Shown here in pieces: positions 7,718 through 17,310 of a stretch of 64,000 nucleotides of DNA (positions are counted from its first letter, which is position 1; every line of letters starts with the position of its first letter). This DNA is from Marispirochaeta sp. Its GTDB lineage: Bacteria; Spirochaetota; Spirochaetia; JC444; Marispirochaetaceae. The stretch is taken from NCBI GenBank assembly GCA_963676835.2, contig CAXXFF010000002.1, positions 1,728,001 to 1,792,000 of the forward strand, given 5' to 3'. The notes beneath the pieces are model-generated. The model did no database searches. It was not told the origin of the DNA and saw only the letters and a program-made list of their open reading frames with translations. Both the position numbers and the translations under genes were made by a program.

Positions 7718-9775
7718 TTAATCTTCTTCGTATGCTGCAGTCCGCTGAATTACCCTGCGGAGCAGGCTGTTTTCCGGCTGCAGCAGCCCCGGGTCTTCTG
7801 CCAGAATCGCTGCAGCTTTGTCGCGGGCTGTTAGCATAATATCCGTATCCCGGACCAGATCGGCAAAGCGGAGCTTGAGGAAGCCCGTCTGTTCTACTCC
7901 GCTGATGTTGCCGGGGCCGCGGATCTTCAAATCTTCCTCTGCCACCAGGAAGCCATCGCTGTGTTCCTTCATTACCTTGAGACGCTGCTTGCCTTCGTCT
8001 GCCAGGTCCGGAGAGTATACCAGAAACATATAGCTCTGGTATCGCCCCCGGCCCACCCGGCCCCGCAGCTGATGCAGAGCGGAAAGGCCGAAGCGTTCCG
8101 CATGCTCCACCACCATACAGGTCGCATTGGGAACATCAACTCCCACCTCAACCACGCTGGTTGAGACCAGAATCTGTATGGCCCCGGCAGAGAAGTCGTG
8201 CATGGTCTCTATTTTCTGTTCCTCCCGCAGCCGTGAGTGGATCAGTCCTATGCTGCAGCCGGGAAAGCGTTTTCTGAGAGCTTCATACATGCCTTCGGCA
8301 TCCTTCAGATCCAGTTTGCTGCTTTCCTGAATTAGGGGATAGACGCAGTAGGCCTGACGCCCGGCTTCCACCTCCTTTTCCAGCCAGTGGTATACCTTCT
8401 CTTCTTTTCCCATGGCGGCAAGGTGGGTAATTACCGGTTTCCTTCCCGGGGGCATGGTATGAATCCGGGAGACTGCGAGGTCGCCGAATACAGTCATGGC
8501 CAGGGTTCTGGGAATAGGCGTGGCGGTCATTACGAGCATATCCGGCTGGTCACCTTTACCGGTCAGTGCCAGACGCTGAAGTACGCCGAAGCGCTGCTGT
8601 TCGTCGATTATTGCCAGCCCCAACTGTCTGAACTCCACCTCTTCTGAGAAGAGTGCATGGGTGCCTATAATAAGATCTATATGGCCGGATTTAAGCTCTT
8701 CCAGGAGCAGTCTGCGGGCATCTCCTGTTACAGATCCCGTAAAGAGAGCCAGCCGTATACCCGCCGGTTCCAGCAGTTTTGCTGCATTTTCCGCATGCTG
8801 CCGGGCAAGCAGCTCCGTGGGGGCCATGAAGGCTGCCTGCTCTCCCGCCTCAATGGTTTCACAGGCGGCCAGAAAGGCTGTGAGGGTTTTTCCTGAACCA
8901 ACATCGCCCTGAATAAGCCGGGCCATGGCTCTGGAAGAGGATAAATCCTGGCGTATATCCTCAAGTACCCCTTCCTGGTCCGGTGTAAGGGAAAAGGGAA
9001 GGTTGTCGATTACTGCAGCTGCAAGTTTTCCGGCGGAAGGCCTTCTTTTGCGGCTGGTATTCCTCTGCGCAAGGCCCCGGCGGGTAATGCCGAGCTGCAG
9101 GAAGAACAGCTCCTCCCAGGCAAGTTTTCTGCGGGCCTCCAGTGCCTCATCCATGGAGGAGGGAAAGTGCAGACTGTTTAACAGCTGTGCTTTCTGCTGC
9201 GGCTCTCCGCCGCTGCAGGAGGGGGGGAGTTCATCCTCTATGGCGGAAGAAAATCTGTTCAGGGCCTGATGCAGGGCGCTGCGTATTGCTTTCTGACTGA
9301 GGTCGGCTGTTGCAGGATAGACCGGCAGCAGGCCGGTGAAATCCTCCGGTATAGTATCTCCGGGGTCGTCGATTGGGGTAAAATCAAAGACTGAAGCCTG
9401 GATCTCACCGAAGCGGTAGGAAAACTGTCCGTACAGCCGAACCCTCCGGCCTTCGGGCAGCTTCTGTTCCAGAAAGTTCCGGCCGAAGCAGTTAAGTGCC
9501 GCTCGGCCGGACTGATCTTCCGCCCATACCTTAAGAGTGCGTTTTCTGCCGAAGCCGAACCAGTCGTGGGCTATTACCGTACATTCTGTATTCACCGTAC
9601 GGCCGGACAGTCCTTCGGCAAAGCTGACCGGGGTAGAGCGGTCTTCATAGCTCCTGGGTGCATGGAGAAGCAGATCTGCAACGGTGCGTATATCCAGCAC
9701 GGCGAATGCTTTTGCTGTTGCAGGTCCGACTCCCTTGAGGTCTGTTACAGGTGTTGTAATTGTGCGGAGAAACAC
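7718..9775 (-). CDS. recG: ATP-dependent DNA helicase RecG
   Basis: LKGVGP, QGDVGSGKT, DEQQRFG, MTATPIPRT and HQLRGRVGRG. Start moved to GTG 9775 so it does not overlap yggT. Confidence 0.96.
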   Translation of the reverse strand: MFLRTITTPVTDLKGVGPATAKAFAVLDIRTVADLLLHAPRSYEDRSTPVSFAEGLSGRTVNTECTVIAHDWFGFGRKRTLKVWAEDQSGRAALNCFGRNFLEQKLPEGRRVRLYGQFSYRFGEIQASVFDFTPIDDPGDTIPEDFTGLLPVYPATADLSQKAIRSALHQALNRFSSAIEDELPPSCSGGEPQQKAQLLNSLHFPSSMDEALEARRKLAWEELFFLQLGITRRGLAQRNTSRKRRPSAGKLAAAVIDNLPFSLTPDQEGVLEDIRQDLSSSRAMARLIQGDVGSGKTLTAFLAACETIEAGEQAAFMAPTELLARQHAENAAKLLEPAGIRLALFTGSVTGDARRLLLEELKSGHIDLIIGTHALFSEEVEFRQLGLAIIDEQQRFGVLQRLALTGKGDQPDMLVMTATPIPRTLAMTVFGDLAVSRIHTMPPGRKPVITHLAAMGKEEKVYHWLEKEVEAGRQAYCVYPLIQESSKLDLKDAEGMYEALRKRFPGCSIGLIHSRLREEQKIETMHDFSAGAIQILVSTSVVEVGVDVPNATCMVVEHAERFGLSALHQLRGRVGRGRYQSYMFLVYSPDLADEGKQRLKVMKEHSDGFLVAEEDLKIRGPGNISGVEQTGFLKLRFADLVRDTDIMLTARDKAAAILAEDPGLLQPENSLLRRVIQRTAAYEED

Positions 9776-9786
9776 TCCTCTCTGAA

Positions 9787-10374
9787 TTAGAAAGGCAGCC
9801 TTGCCAGCATGGTCTGCACCTGAATAAATAACAGATTGCCCATTAGCCGCAATAGAAGCAGTACAGCTGCGCTGAGAGCAAGACTTGTCTGGTAGGTTAC
9901 CGATCGTCCCCGAAGAATAAGGCCGGAGATCTTTCTCAGAACCGGTGCGAGAAGAATATCGAGGGTCTGGATAAAAGGCGAGACGGTGCTGGTTCGCAAA
10001 AACAGCGTTATCAGCCGGATAATTGACAGTATGAAAAAGAAGGTTAGAATCCAGCCAACCGCGTTCCACAGAGCTGCAACAATTATTGCAAGAACTATCC
10101 CCAGGGAGATGTTTCCGGTTCTGGCGATCATGCTGGCAATATTCATAACCACCACCAGCACCATAAGTGCCGCCAGGGGAGAAAAGTCCATGGAGCTCAT
10201 TCTCAAGAAGGAGAAGCGCCGGAACCAGTTCAGGTAGGGATCTGTTATGGAGCAGAGCATCTGATATGCTCTGCCGTAGCTTACTCCCTGGAACCAGGTC
10301 ATGAGAACCCGGATAAAAATGAGTATCATGTACACCGACAGCACACCGCTGACGAACTGCATTACCTGCTGCAT
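9787..10374 (-). CDS. yggT: YggT-family membrane protein
   Basis: ITDPYL...DFSPL motif, hydrophobic helices and a GGAGG RBS. Confidence 0.88.
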   Translation of the reverse strand: MQQVMQFVSGVLSVYMILIFIRVLMTWFQGVSYGRAYQMLCSITDPYLNWFRRFSFLRMSSMDFSPLAALMVLVVVMNIASMIARTGNISLGIVLAIIVAALWNAVGWILTFFFILSIIRLITLFLRTSTVSPFIQTLDILLAPVLRKISGLILRGRSVTYQTSLALSAAVLLLLRLMGNLLFIQVQTMLARLPF

Positions 10375-10428
10375 GGTAGCCTCCGTCTATACAGTGTACC
10401 GAAAGATCTTCCCGTTGAGAAGGGAAAC

Positions 10429-13400
10429 TTACTCTTTCCAGACCTCTTCTATTAATGGATGGGAGCCGATTTCGGGAATAACCTCGGGACTTGTGGTCAG
10501 CTGGGCATTTGCCCGGATAATTATCTCCCTGTTGGTATTGTCATTCTTGAGGTGGAGGAAGACTGCGCAGTCGCCCCGGTACTCAATGAGGGTGGAGCGG
10601 AAATCGTAGAGAAGGTTCTCGTCCTTTGCATCCCGGGATATACGGATGTGAATCTCCGAGGTGGATGCCTCTTTCAACTCTTCCGGATTGATTATCCTGT
10701 CCACCAGGAATTTGGGGTCTTCCTTTGCCCGGTCAACCTTGCCTTCAATTCCCAGGACGGCGTCGACTTCAACCAGATCCCGCACCTGGGCCCAGGTTTT
10801 GGGGAAAAATATCAGCTCCATGGTACCGTTGAAGTCTTCGTACACCACAAAGGCCATCTGGTCGCCTTTCTTGGTGATGATGGTTCTTAAGGACTTGATT
10901 ATTCCCAGCAGGGTATAGGTTTTCTCTGTTGAGGCGTTTTCCGCTCTGGTCACATCCAGGTTAACGCACTTTTTAAACACCTCTTTGTGCTTGTCCAGAG
11001 GATGGCCGGAGAAGTAGTTTCCCAGGTTCTCTTTTTCCATCCGCAAGAGTTCCATAACCTCAAATTCTTCCTGGGGTTCGAACTCAAACTGCGATATGGC
11101 GGTCTCTTCGGCGGGATCGAAAAGGGATGTCTGGCCGAACTCCCGGCTCTCTTTCATGCGGACCGTCCATTCCAGCACCTGCTCCAGGTTGCTCAGAAGG
11201 GTGGCGCGGTTAAGGCCGAAGCGGTCGAAGAGTCCAGCCTGAATAAGGGTTTCTATAACCCTTCGGTTTACGGTCTTCAGGTCTATGCGGTCGAGAAAGT
11301 CAAGAAAGGACTCATAGGGTCCTTCCTCTTCCCGTACACGGATAATCTCCTCCACCGCGGAGGAGCCGACATTCTTGATTCCCTGGAGACCGTAGAAGAT
11401 CTTTCCGTCTACAACATTGAAGGTCTGAACCGACATGTTGATATCCGGGGGCAGAATTTCAATGCCCATCTCTTTGGTTGCAGTGAGGTAGTCGGAGAAA
11501 GCGTCGGGGCTGTTTATCTCATTGGTGAGGTTGGCAGCCATAAACTCCGCTGGATAGTTGGCTTTCAGGTAAGCCGTTTTATATGCCACCACCGAATAAG
11601 CCGCAGCATGGGATTTGTTGAATCCGTATCCGGCGAAGGGCTTCAGCATTTCGAAGATATCATCGGCGAGTTTCTTGTCGTAGCCTTTCCGGACTGCCCC
11701 TTCAAGGAACTCGACCTTCATCTTCTCCATCTCTTTTTCTTTTTTCTTACCCATGGCCCGGCGGAGAATATCCGCTTTACCCAGGGAGAAGCCGCCGATT
11801 ATCTGGGCAACCTGCATTACCTGTTCCTGGTAGACAATTACCCCGTAGGTGGGCTCCAGAATCTCCTGCAGGTCCGTATGGGGGTACTTGATGGGGGACC
11901 TGCCCATTTTCGAGTCGATATACTGGGGAATAAACTGCATCGGGCCCGGACGGTAGAGGGCGTTCAATGCTATCAGTTCTTCTATGGTGGTTGGCTTAGC
12001 CTGTTTGAGAATCCCCTGCATTCCGGAGCTTTCAAACTGGAATACGGCGGTACTCTTTCCCTCTCCCAGCATCTTGAAAGTGGCTTCATCGTGCTCGGAT
12101 ACCGTTTCTATATCAAAGTCCGGGTCGACCTTGTGGATCAGCTTTTCCGTGTTCTTTATAAGGGTAAGGGTCTTGAGGCCCAGAAAGTCCATCTTTACCA
12201 GACCGCACTCTTCCAGCTGGTCCATGGTGAACTCGGTGGAAATCTGTCCGGTCTTGGAGTCCTTGTAAAGGGGAACGTAATCGGTGAGCTTGCTGCGTCC
12301 GATAACCATTCCGCAGGCATGGGTGGAGGAGTGGCGGTTCATCCCCTCCAGAACCAGGGCTGTATCAATAAGTCTCCGGTAGGTTCCGCCTTTTTCCCGG
12401 TACTCTTTAAGCCGGGGCTCCATATCCAGAGCCTTTTCGAGGTTGATCTTGGGCCCGTCGGGTACAAGTTTGCTTATTTCATTGGACTCATTAAAAGGAA
12501 TATCCAGAACCCGGGCAACATCCTTGAGCACCGCTTTTGTTTTGAGGGTTCCGAAGGTACAGATGGCTCCGACTTTTTCGGCTCCGTACTTGGCGGTTAC
12601 ATAGTCGATAACTTCATTGCGCCGTTCGAAGCAGAAGTCCACGTCGAAGTCGGGCATGGAGACACGCTCGGGGTTGAGGAAACGCTCAAAGAGCAGGCTG
12701 TACTTCAGGGGGTCTATGTCGGTTATGCGCATGGCATATGCGACAATACTGCCCGCTCCGGACCCGCGTCCGGGGCCTACGGGGATGCCGTTTTCCCTTG
12801 CGAAGTGTATAAAGTCCCAGACAATGAGAAAGTAACCGGTAAATCCCATACCCTGGATAATATCCAGTTCGAATTCAGTTCGGGCGCGGATCTCCTCGTT
12901 TACTTCTGGGTAGAGTTTTTCCAGCCCTTCATAGACCAGATGGCGCATGTAGGCATCCGGATTCTCAAACCCTTCGGGTATGTCATAGTCCGGCAGCAGG
13001 GGACCCGGGAGGGGGATTTCCAGATTGCACATTTCTGCGATTTTTACGGTGTTGGAGATTGCCTCCGGTGTATCTTTAAAGATCTCCGCCATCTCTTCGC
13101 CGCTTTTGAAGTAGAACTCCTGACTGTCGAAGCGCATCCGTTTTTCGTCCGCCGCTTTTTTGCCGGTGCCGATGCAGATGAGGATATCCTGGGCTTCAGC
13201 GTGGTCCCGCTCAAGGTAGTGGATGTCGTTGGTGGCTATCAGGGGAATTCCCGTCTCTCTGCTCAGCTCTATGAGCATGGGGTTTACCTGTTTCTGCTCA
13301 GGGATTCCATGATCCTGCAGCTCCAGGTAGAAATGGTCCTTCCCGAAGAGATTGTTGTAGTATTCTGCCGCTTTTCTGGCATCATCCCGCTGTCCGTTCA

Positions 13401-13845
13401 AAAGATGACTGGGGATCTCTCCTGCAAGACAGGCCGAACTGCAGATGAGTCCTTCCGCATGCTTTTCAAGCAGCTCGTTGTCTATCCTTGGCTTGTAGTA
13501 AAAGCCGTCGAGATATCCCTGGGAAACCAGGACCAGCAGGTTCTGGTAGCCTGTCTGGTTTTTTGCCAGAAGTACCAGGTGATGGTATTTATTCTGTGTC
13601 TCGGCGCCGCTTTTAACCAGTCGTGATTTCGGTGCAATGTAAAACTCGCAGCCGATTATAGGATTGATATTCTTTGCTTTGCAGGCTTTATAGAAGCGCA
13701 GCACGCCGAACATGTTCCCATGGTCCGTAAGGGCCAGGTGCTTCATGCCGAAGCTTTCAGCTTTTGCTACCAGTTTGTTTATACTTGCCGCTCCGTCCAG
13801 GAGCGAATAGTCGGAATGGTTGTGGAGATGGACAAATTCCGGCAT
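10429..13845 (-). CDS. dnaE: DNA polymerase III alpha subunit
   Basis: PHP domain HLHNHSDYSLLDG, GPGRGSGAGS, MPDFDVDF, YGFNKSHA and an OB fold. No intein is apparent. Confidence 0.98.
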   Translation of the reverse strand: MPEFVHLHNHSDYSLLDGAASINKLVAKAESFGMKHLALTDHGNMFGVLRFYKACKAKNINPIIGCEFYIAPKSRLVKSGAETQNKYHHLVLLAKNQTGYQNLLVLVSQGYLDGFYYKPRIDNELLEKHAEGLICSSACLAGEIPSHLLNGQRDDARKAAEYYNNLFGKDHFYLELQDHGIPEQKQVNPMLIELSRETGIPLIATNDIHYLERDHAEAQDILICIGTGKKAADEKRMRFDSQEFYFKSGEEMAEIFKDTPEAISNTVKIAEMCNLEIPLPGPLLPDYDIPEGFENPDAYMRHLVYEGLEKLYPEVNEEIRARTEFELDIIQGMGFTGYFLIVWDFIHFARENGIPVGPGRGSGAGSIVAYAMRITDIDPLKYSLLFERFLNPERVSMPDFDVDFCFERRNEVIDYVTAKYGAEKVGAICTFGTLKTKAVLKDVARVLDIPFNESNEISKLVPDGPKINLEKALDMEPRLKEYREKGGTYRRLIDTALVLEGMNRHSSTHACGMVIGRSKLTDYVPLYKDSKTGQISTEFTMDQLEECGLVKMDFLGLKTLTLIKNTEKLIHKVDPDFDIETVSEHDEATFKMLGEGKSTAVFQFESSGMQGILKQAKPTTIEELIALNALYRPGPMQFIPQYIDSKMGRSPIKYPHTDLQEILEPTYGVIVYQEQVMQVAQIIGGFSLGKADILRRAMGKKKEKEMEKMKVEFLEGAVRKGYDKKLADDIFEMLKPFAGYGFNKSHAAAYSVVAYKTAYLKANYPAEFMAANLTNEINSPDAFSDYLTATKEMGIEILPPDINMSVQTFNVVDGKIFYGLQGIKNVGSSAVEEIIRVREEEGPYESFLDFLDRIDLKTVNRRVIETLIQAGLFDRFGLNRATLLSNLEQVLEWTVRMKESREFGQTSLFDPAEETAISQFEFEPQEEFEVMELLRMEKENLGNYFSGHPLDKHKEVFKKCVNLDVTRAENASTEKTYTLLGIIKSLRTIITKKGDQMAFVVYEDFNGTMELIFFPKTWAQVRDLVEVDAVLGIEGKVDRAKEDPKFLVDRIINPEELKEASTSEIHIRISRDAKDENLLYDFRSTLIEYRGDCAVFLHLKNDNTNREIIIRANAQLTTSPEVIPEIGSHPLIEEVWKE

Positions 13846-14012
13846 AGTTCCCCTCTCGTTTCAGTAACTATACCGCTACTGATGGGGTGGTGTAAAGCTG
13901 ATTCACCGTATACCGGCGCAATATCTGCGGTTATTTTTCATCGAATTTCCCGGCAGTCCCAAAGCTGTTTTCCAATTAGACTTTTTTCGTTTAAAAGTGC
14001 ATACTATTAGCA

Positions 14013-14288
14013 ATGGTTGAAGCAGAAGCCACAGTACAAAACTTTGCCGGAATTCACGTCCGGCCATCGGGTGTGATCATTCAGGCCGTTCAGGGCTATG
14101 AAGGCACCATTTCGGTAGAAGCAAAAGGGATGACCACTGACCTTAAGAATGTTATGGGAATGATTGCCATGGGGCTCTGTCAGGGAGATGTGGTCAGGAT
14201 TACCGTTGACGGTCCCGACGAAAAGGAGACCCTCGACAAACTGACCGAGTTATTCAGTCACAACTTTGACTTCCCTCCCCGGGGGTAA
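14013..14288 (+). CDS. ptsH: HPr-family phosphocarrier protein (His15 present, Asn at position 46)
   Basis: GIHVRPS motif, 91 aa, VDGPDE. Confidence 0.88.
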   Translation: MVEAEATVQNFAGIHVRPSGVIIQAVQGYEGTISVEAKGMTTDLKNVMGMIAMGLCQGDVVRITVDGPDEKETLDKLTELFSHNFDFPPRG

Positions 14289-14315
14289 TTCCGGGGAGCA
14301 TCACGGGAGGCTCGT

Positions 14316-14825
14316 ATGGGCGAAAGCCGCCATGTACTGCTGAACAGGGGTGCAGACCTGCTTTCTCTGGGGAATGCAGAGGAGGCGGAGCGCTGTTTCT
14401 CCCGGATCCTTGAAACTGAACCCGATCACCTTCCCGCTCTATTCAACAGTGCCATAGCTCTGGGAAAACTTGACCGTTTCCGCCATGCGGAAGAACGGAT
14501 GAAGCATTATCTTCAGTTCAAGCCGGATGACGGAGAAGCCTGGAATCAGCTTGGATATCTCTATTTTTCCTCCGGCAGCTACGGTGAGGCCTCCAAGGCC
14601 TACACCCGGGCAGAGGAGCTTGATCCGGAGAATGCAACCCTGCAGAACAATATCGGTGCCCTGCAGTTTGTTCAGGGACGGCCGGAACAGGCACTCTCAA
14701 GGTTTGAGAAAGCCCTTGAAATTGATAACACCCATAAAGATGCGCTGTTTAATATAGCCGATACTCTGGATGTTCTGGGACGGGGTGATGAAGCTAAAAA
14801 ATTTCGACGCAGATTAAAGGGATGA
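14316..14825 (+). CDS. TPR protein
   Basis: About 4-5 TPR motifs, with a GGAGG RBS. Confidence 0.88.
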   Translation: MGESRHVLLNRGADLLSLGNAEEAERCFSRILETEPDHLPALFNSAIALGKLDRFRHAEERMKHYLQFKPDDGEAWNQLGYLYFSSGSYGEASKAYTRAEELDPENATLQNNIGALQFVQGRPEQALSRFEKALEIDNTHKDALFNIADTLDVLGRGDEAKKFRRRLKG

Positions 14826-14881
14826 TGAAGCAAGAGGCCTGATTTGCGGTTTCCTTAAGTAAAAATTGGTATATTCAGGAG

Positions 14882-15238
14882 ATGGAAATGAGTTCTTTGG
14901 CTGATATTCTTGAGCATGAGCTGGAAGAAGCCTTCGAAGTAAAGGATAAACGGTCTCTGCACCGGTATATTTCCGTATTAACGGAGAACCTGATTCGTCA
15001 TGATCAGAATCAGAAGGAACACCAGGAGTTCCGTGAGGCTATTATCCGGATCGATACCCGTCTGGAAGAGGGCTTTAAGACAATGAACGAGCGGTTTATA
15101 TCCGTAGAAAAAAGATTTGAATCCGTAGACAAGCGTTTTGAGTCTGTGGACAAGCGCTTCGATATGATGTTCCGTTTTATCAGCCTGGGGTTTGTTACCC
15201 TGGCTGCCATGATGTCGTTATATCAGTTTCTGGGGTAG
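14882..15238 (+). CDS. Small coiled-coil protein with KRFESVD repeats and a C-terminal transmembrane anchor
   Basis: Heptad-like repeats VEKRFES-VDKRFES-VDKRFD followed by a hydrophobic C-terminus. Confidence 0.8.
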   Translation: MEMSSLADILEHELEEAFEVKDKRSLHRYISVLTENLIRHDQNQKEHQEFREAIIRIDTRLEEGFKTMNERFISVEKRFESVDKRFESVDKRFDMMFRFISLGFVTLAAMMSLYQFLG

Positions 15239-15247
15239 GGTGTGGGG

Positions 15248-15427
15248 TAAAAAAAAGACCGCCTCTTCGAGGCGATCTGTTTTTACCGGCGATCGGACTA
15301 ACTCCGGCCCTTGCGGGCCTCCGCCCCGCGTTTGCTTTGCAAACGCTCGGACTGCGTTCAAGTCCGCCTATTTATAAAAAAAAGACCGCCTCTTCGAGAC
15401 GATCTTTTTTTTACCGGCGATCGGACT
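15248..15427 (-). repeat. Duplication of the tRNA-Leu 3' end plus terminator (period about 127-128 bp)
   Basis: TACCGGCGATCGGACT occurs at 15284-15299 and 15412-15427. Each copy is preceded by A8-GACCGCCTCTTCGAG(G/A)CGATCT-Tn. Confidence 0.9.
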
Positions 15428-15495
15428 TGAACCGATACTCCCTTGCGGGAACCAGATTTTGAGTCTAGCGCGTCTACCAATTTCGCCACGCCGGC
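15412..15495 (-). tRNA. tRNA-Leu(CAA), CCA not encoded
   Basis: Reverse complement GCCGGCGTGGCGAAATTGGTAGACGCGCTAGACTCAAAATCTGGTTCCCGCAAGGGAGTATCGGTTCAAGTCCGATCGCCGGTA. Long variable arm. Promoter TTGACA(15540-15545)-18 nt-TATTCT. Confidence 0.97.
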
Positions 15496-15594
15496 GGGTG
15501 TGAAACGTGGAATTGAGAATACTCCGGCCGTAAGTGTCCTGTCAAGGTTGGGCTTTTCCGGCTTCGGGTTTTTGTGTAGTATCCTCGTAAAATC

Positions 15595-16554
15595 ATGGTT
15601 TCAGATCTTCAGTCACTCTATAAAGCCTGTAATCTCTGTCCCCGAAGCTGCGGTGTCGACCGTAAAGCGGGAAATGCCGGTTTTTGCGGCGAGACGGATC
15701 GGATGCGTCTTGCCTGCGCTACGCTGCATAAAGGGGAGGAGCCGCCCCTGGTAACCGGAGAAGGTTCAGGGGCTGTTTTCTTTACCGGCTGTACCCTTGG
15801 ATGCCGGGACTGCCAGAACTGTCAGATCAGCCGTGACGGGATGGGCGGCGAAGTAAGTGTGGAGCTTTTTGCGGAGATAATGCTGAGACTTCAGGCTGAA
15901 GGGGCTGCCAATATTAACCTGGTAACAGGCACCCAGTTTGTTCCCTCTATTATCATGTCTCTTGGTGCAGCTAAGAAAAGGGGACTTTCTCTTCCGGTGG
16001 TATGGAATACATCGGGGTTTGAATCACCGGAAACTCTGGAGATGCTCGGTGCCTATATTGATATCTATCTTACGGACATAAAAACGTTTTCCTCATCCCT
16101 TGCTTCAGAACTTTCGGGACGGCGGGATTATCCTTCCCTTATAAAAGAAGGGATTACAGCAATGCTAACAGACCGGCCCCTTAAGTTTGAGGGTGATACA
16201 ATGGTTCGCGGAGTAGTTGTCCGCCATCTGGTTGTACCTGGGTGTATAGAGGAGAGTCTCGAGTTGATTCGCTGGTATGGAAAAAATATCGGAGAGAAGG
16301 CTCTGTTTTCGCTGATGACCCAGTTTATCGATCCTGCCGCCGGGCCTTCCGGTGGGCGTTCAATTACTGCCTGGGAGTATGATCTCCTGCGGGATGCCCT
16401 GGCAGAAGCAGATATAAGTCTGGGATTTCTTCAGGAAATGGAGGATGAGAGCAGCTGGCTGCCGGATTTTTCCCGGGATAACCCCTTTCCGGATGAGTTT
16501 TCCCGGGTGGTCTGGCACTTTAACAAGGGCTTTATGGATCAACCCCCGTTTTAA
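15595..16554 (+). CDS. PflX-like radical SAM protein
   Basis: CNLCPRSC, GAVFFTGCTLGCRDCQN, NINLVT and VRHLVVPG. Confidence 0.88.
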   Translation: MVSDLQSLYKACNLCPRSCGVDRKAGNAGFCGETDRMRLACATLHKGEEPPLVTGEGSGAVFFTGCTLGCRDCQNCQISRDGMGGEVSVELFAEIMLRLQAEGAANINLVTGTQFVPSIIMSLGAAKKRGLSLPVVWNTSGFESPETLEMLGAYIDIYLTDIKTFSSSLASELSGRRDYPSLIKEGITAMLTDRPLKFEGDTMVRGVVVRHLVVPGCIEESLELIRWYGKNIGEKALFSLMTQFIDPAAGPSGGRSITAWEYDLLRDALAEADISLGFLQEMEDESSWLPDFSRDNPFPDEFSRVVWHFNKGFMDQPPF

Positions 16555-16563
16555 CCGCCGGGG

Positions 16564-17247
16564 TTAACCGATAACGGTGCCTTCGAACTCTTCGCCCCTG
16601 AGGAGTCGGCCGATGTTGTCGATGTCTTTGCCGGCGGCGGTTATTACCTTCAGACCAAGGCCTGCGGCCTTTGCAGTGGCAATAGGATCGAAGGGTACAT
16701 TTTTCCCGGGAACCCATTCGTCTCCCACCATGGCCCTGAAATCATCCCACGAAATTGTATCAAGCGGGACTGCCTCCGGGTTTGTACGGGGGTCGTCGGT
16801 ATATACCTTTGATATGTTTGACAGGTTGATTACCCGGTCTGCACCGAACTGTTCCGCCAGGTAAACCGCATCGGTATCGGTGGAAAAGCCGGGTTTCCAG
16901 CCGGCGGCTACCAGGATCTTCCCATTCATACTGTTTACAGCAGTCGGATCGGTAACCACTTCATCCGGACACAGGTCAGAGAACACAGCTTTTACCAGCT
17001 GTGCATTCAGTCTGGTTGCCATTATGCCAATCCAGTCCTGCTGGTTTGTATCCGCAGCGGGATTTATCTCCCTGCAGGCCTTCTGGTAGGCCCGGGCGGG
17101 ACCGCCGCCGCCGACAATAAGAATCAGCTGACGTTTGGAGTCCTCCTGCAGATAGCTGCGTACAAGTTCTGCAAAGGAGCTTATAAAATCTGTATCCGGT
17201 GAGTCCGGTGCCACGATTGATCCGCCGAGGGATATTACTGTTACCAT
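16564..17247 (-). CDS. pyrH: UMP kinase, archaeal-type
   Basis: SLGGS, VGGGGPARAYQ, ATRLNA, PGFSTDTDA, VYTDDPR and PFDPIA. Confidence 0.92.
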   Translation of the reverse strand: MVTVISLGGSIVAPDSPDTDFISSFAELVRSYLQEDSKRQLILIVGGGGPARAYQKACREINPAADTNQQDWIGIMATRLNAQLVKAVFSDLCPDEVVTDPTAVNSMNGKILVAAGWKPGFSTDTDAVYLAEQFGADRVINLSNISKVYTDDPRTNPEAVPLDTISWDDFRAMVGDEWVPGKNVPFDPIATAKAAGLGLKVITAAGKDIDNIGRLLRGEEFEGTVIG

Positions 17248-17253
17248 GGCCCT

Positions 17254-17304
17254 ACTATACTCATGCCTCTATGGCGTGACAAGCATCCCCTCGCTGCGTA
17301 TACT
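17254..17304. promoter_or_regulatory. Back-to-back divergent promoters with overlapping -35 boxes
   Basis: Minus strand: TTGTCA-17-TATAGT-6-ATG (pyrH). Plus strand: GTGACA-17-TATACT-6-ATG (17311). Confidence 0.7.
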
Positions 17305-17310
17305 GTCCCC

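Noticed and set aside
9776..10069. N-terminal extension of recG in the ORF track
   Set aside because: It overlaps yggT in another frame. RecG homology begins at GTG 9775.
10987..13626. 879-aa antisense ORF opposite dnaE
   Set aside because: It is a codon-symmetric shadow of dnaE with no recognisable motifs or RBS. Similar shadows lie opposite uvrD (23603-24970), oppA (33896-35167), gcvPB, pfk and the helicase.
15248..15427. Integrated prophage or genomic island at tRNA-Leu
   Set aside because: The two att-like copies are only about 128 bp apart, and there is no integrase or phage gene.
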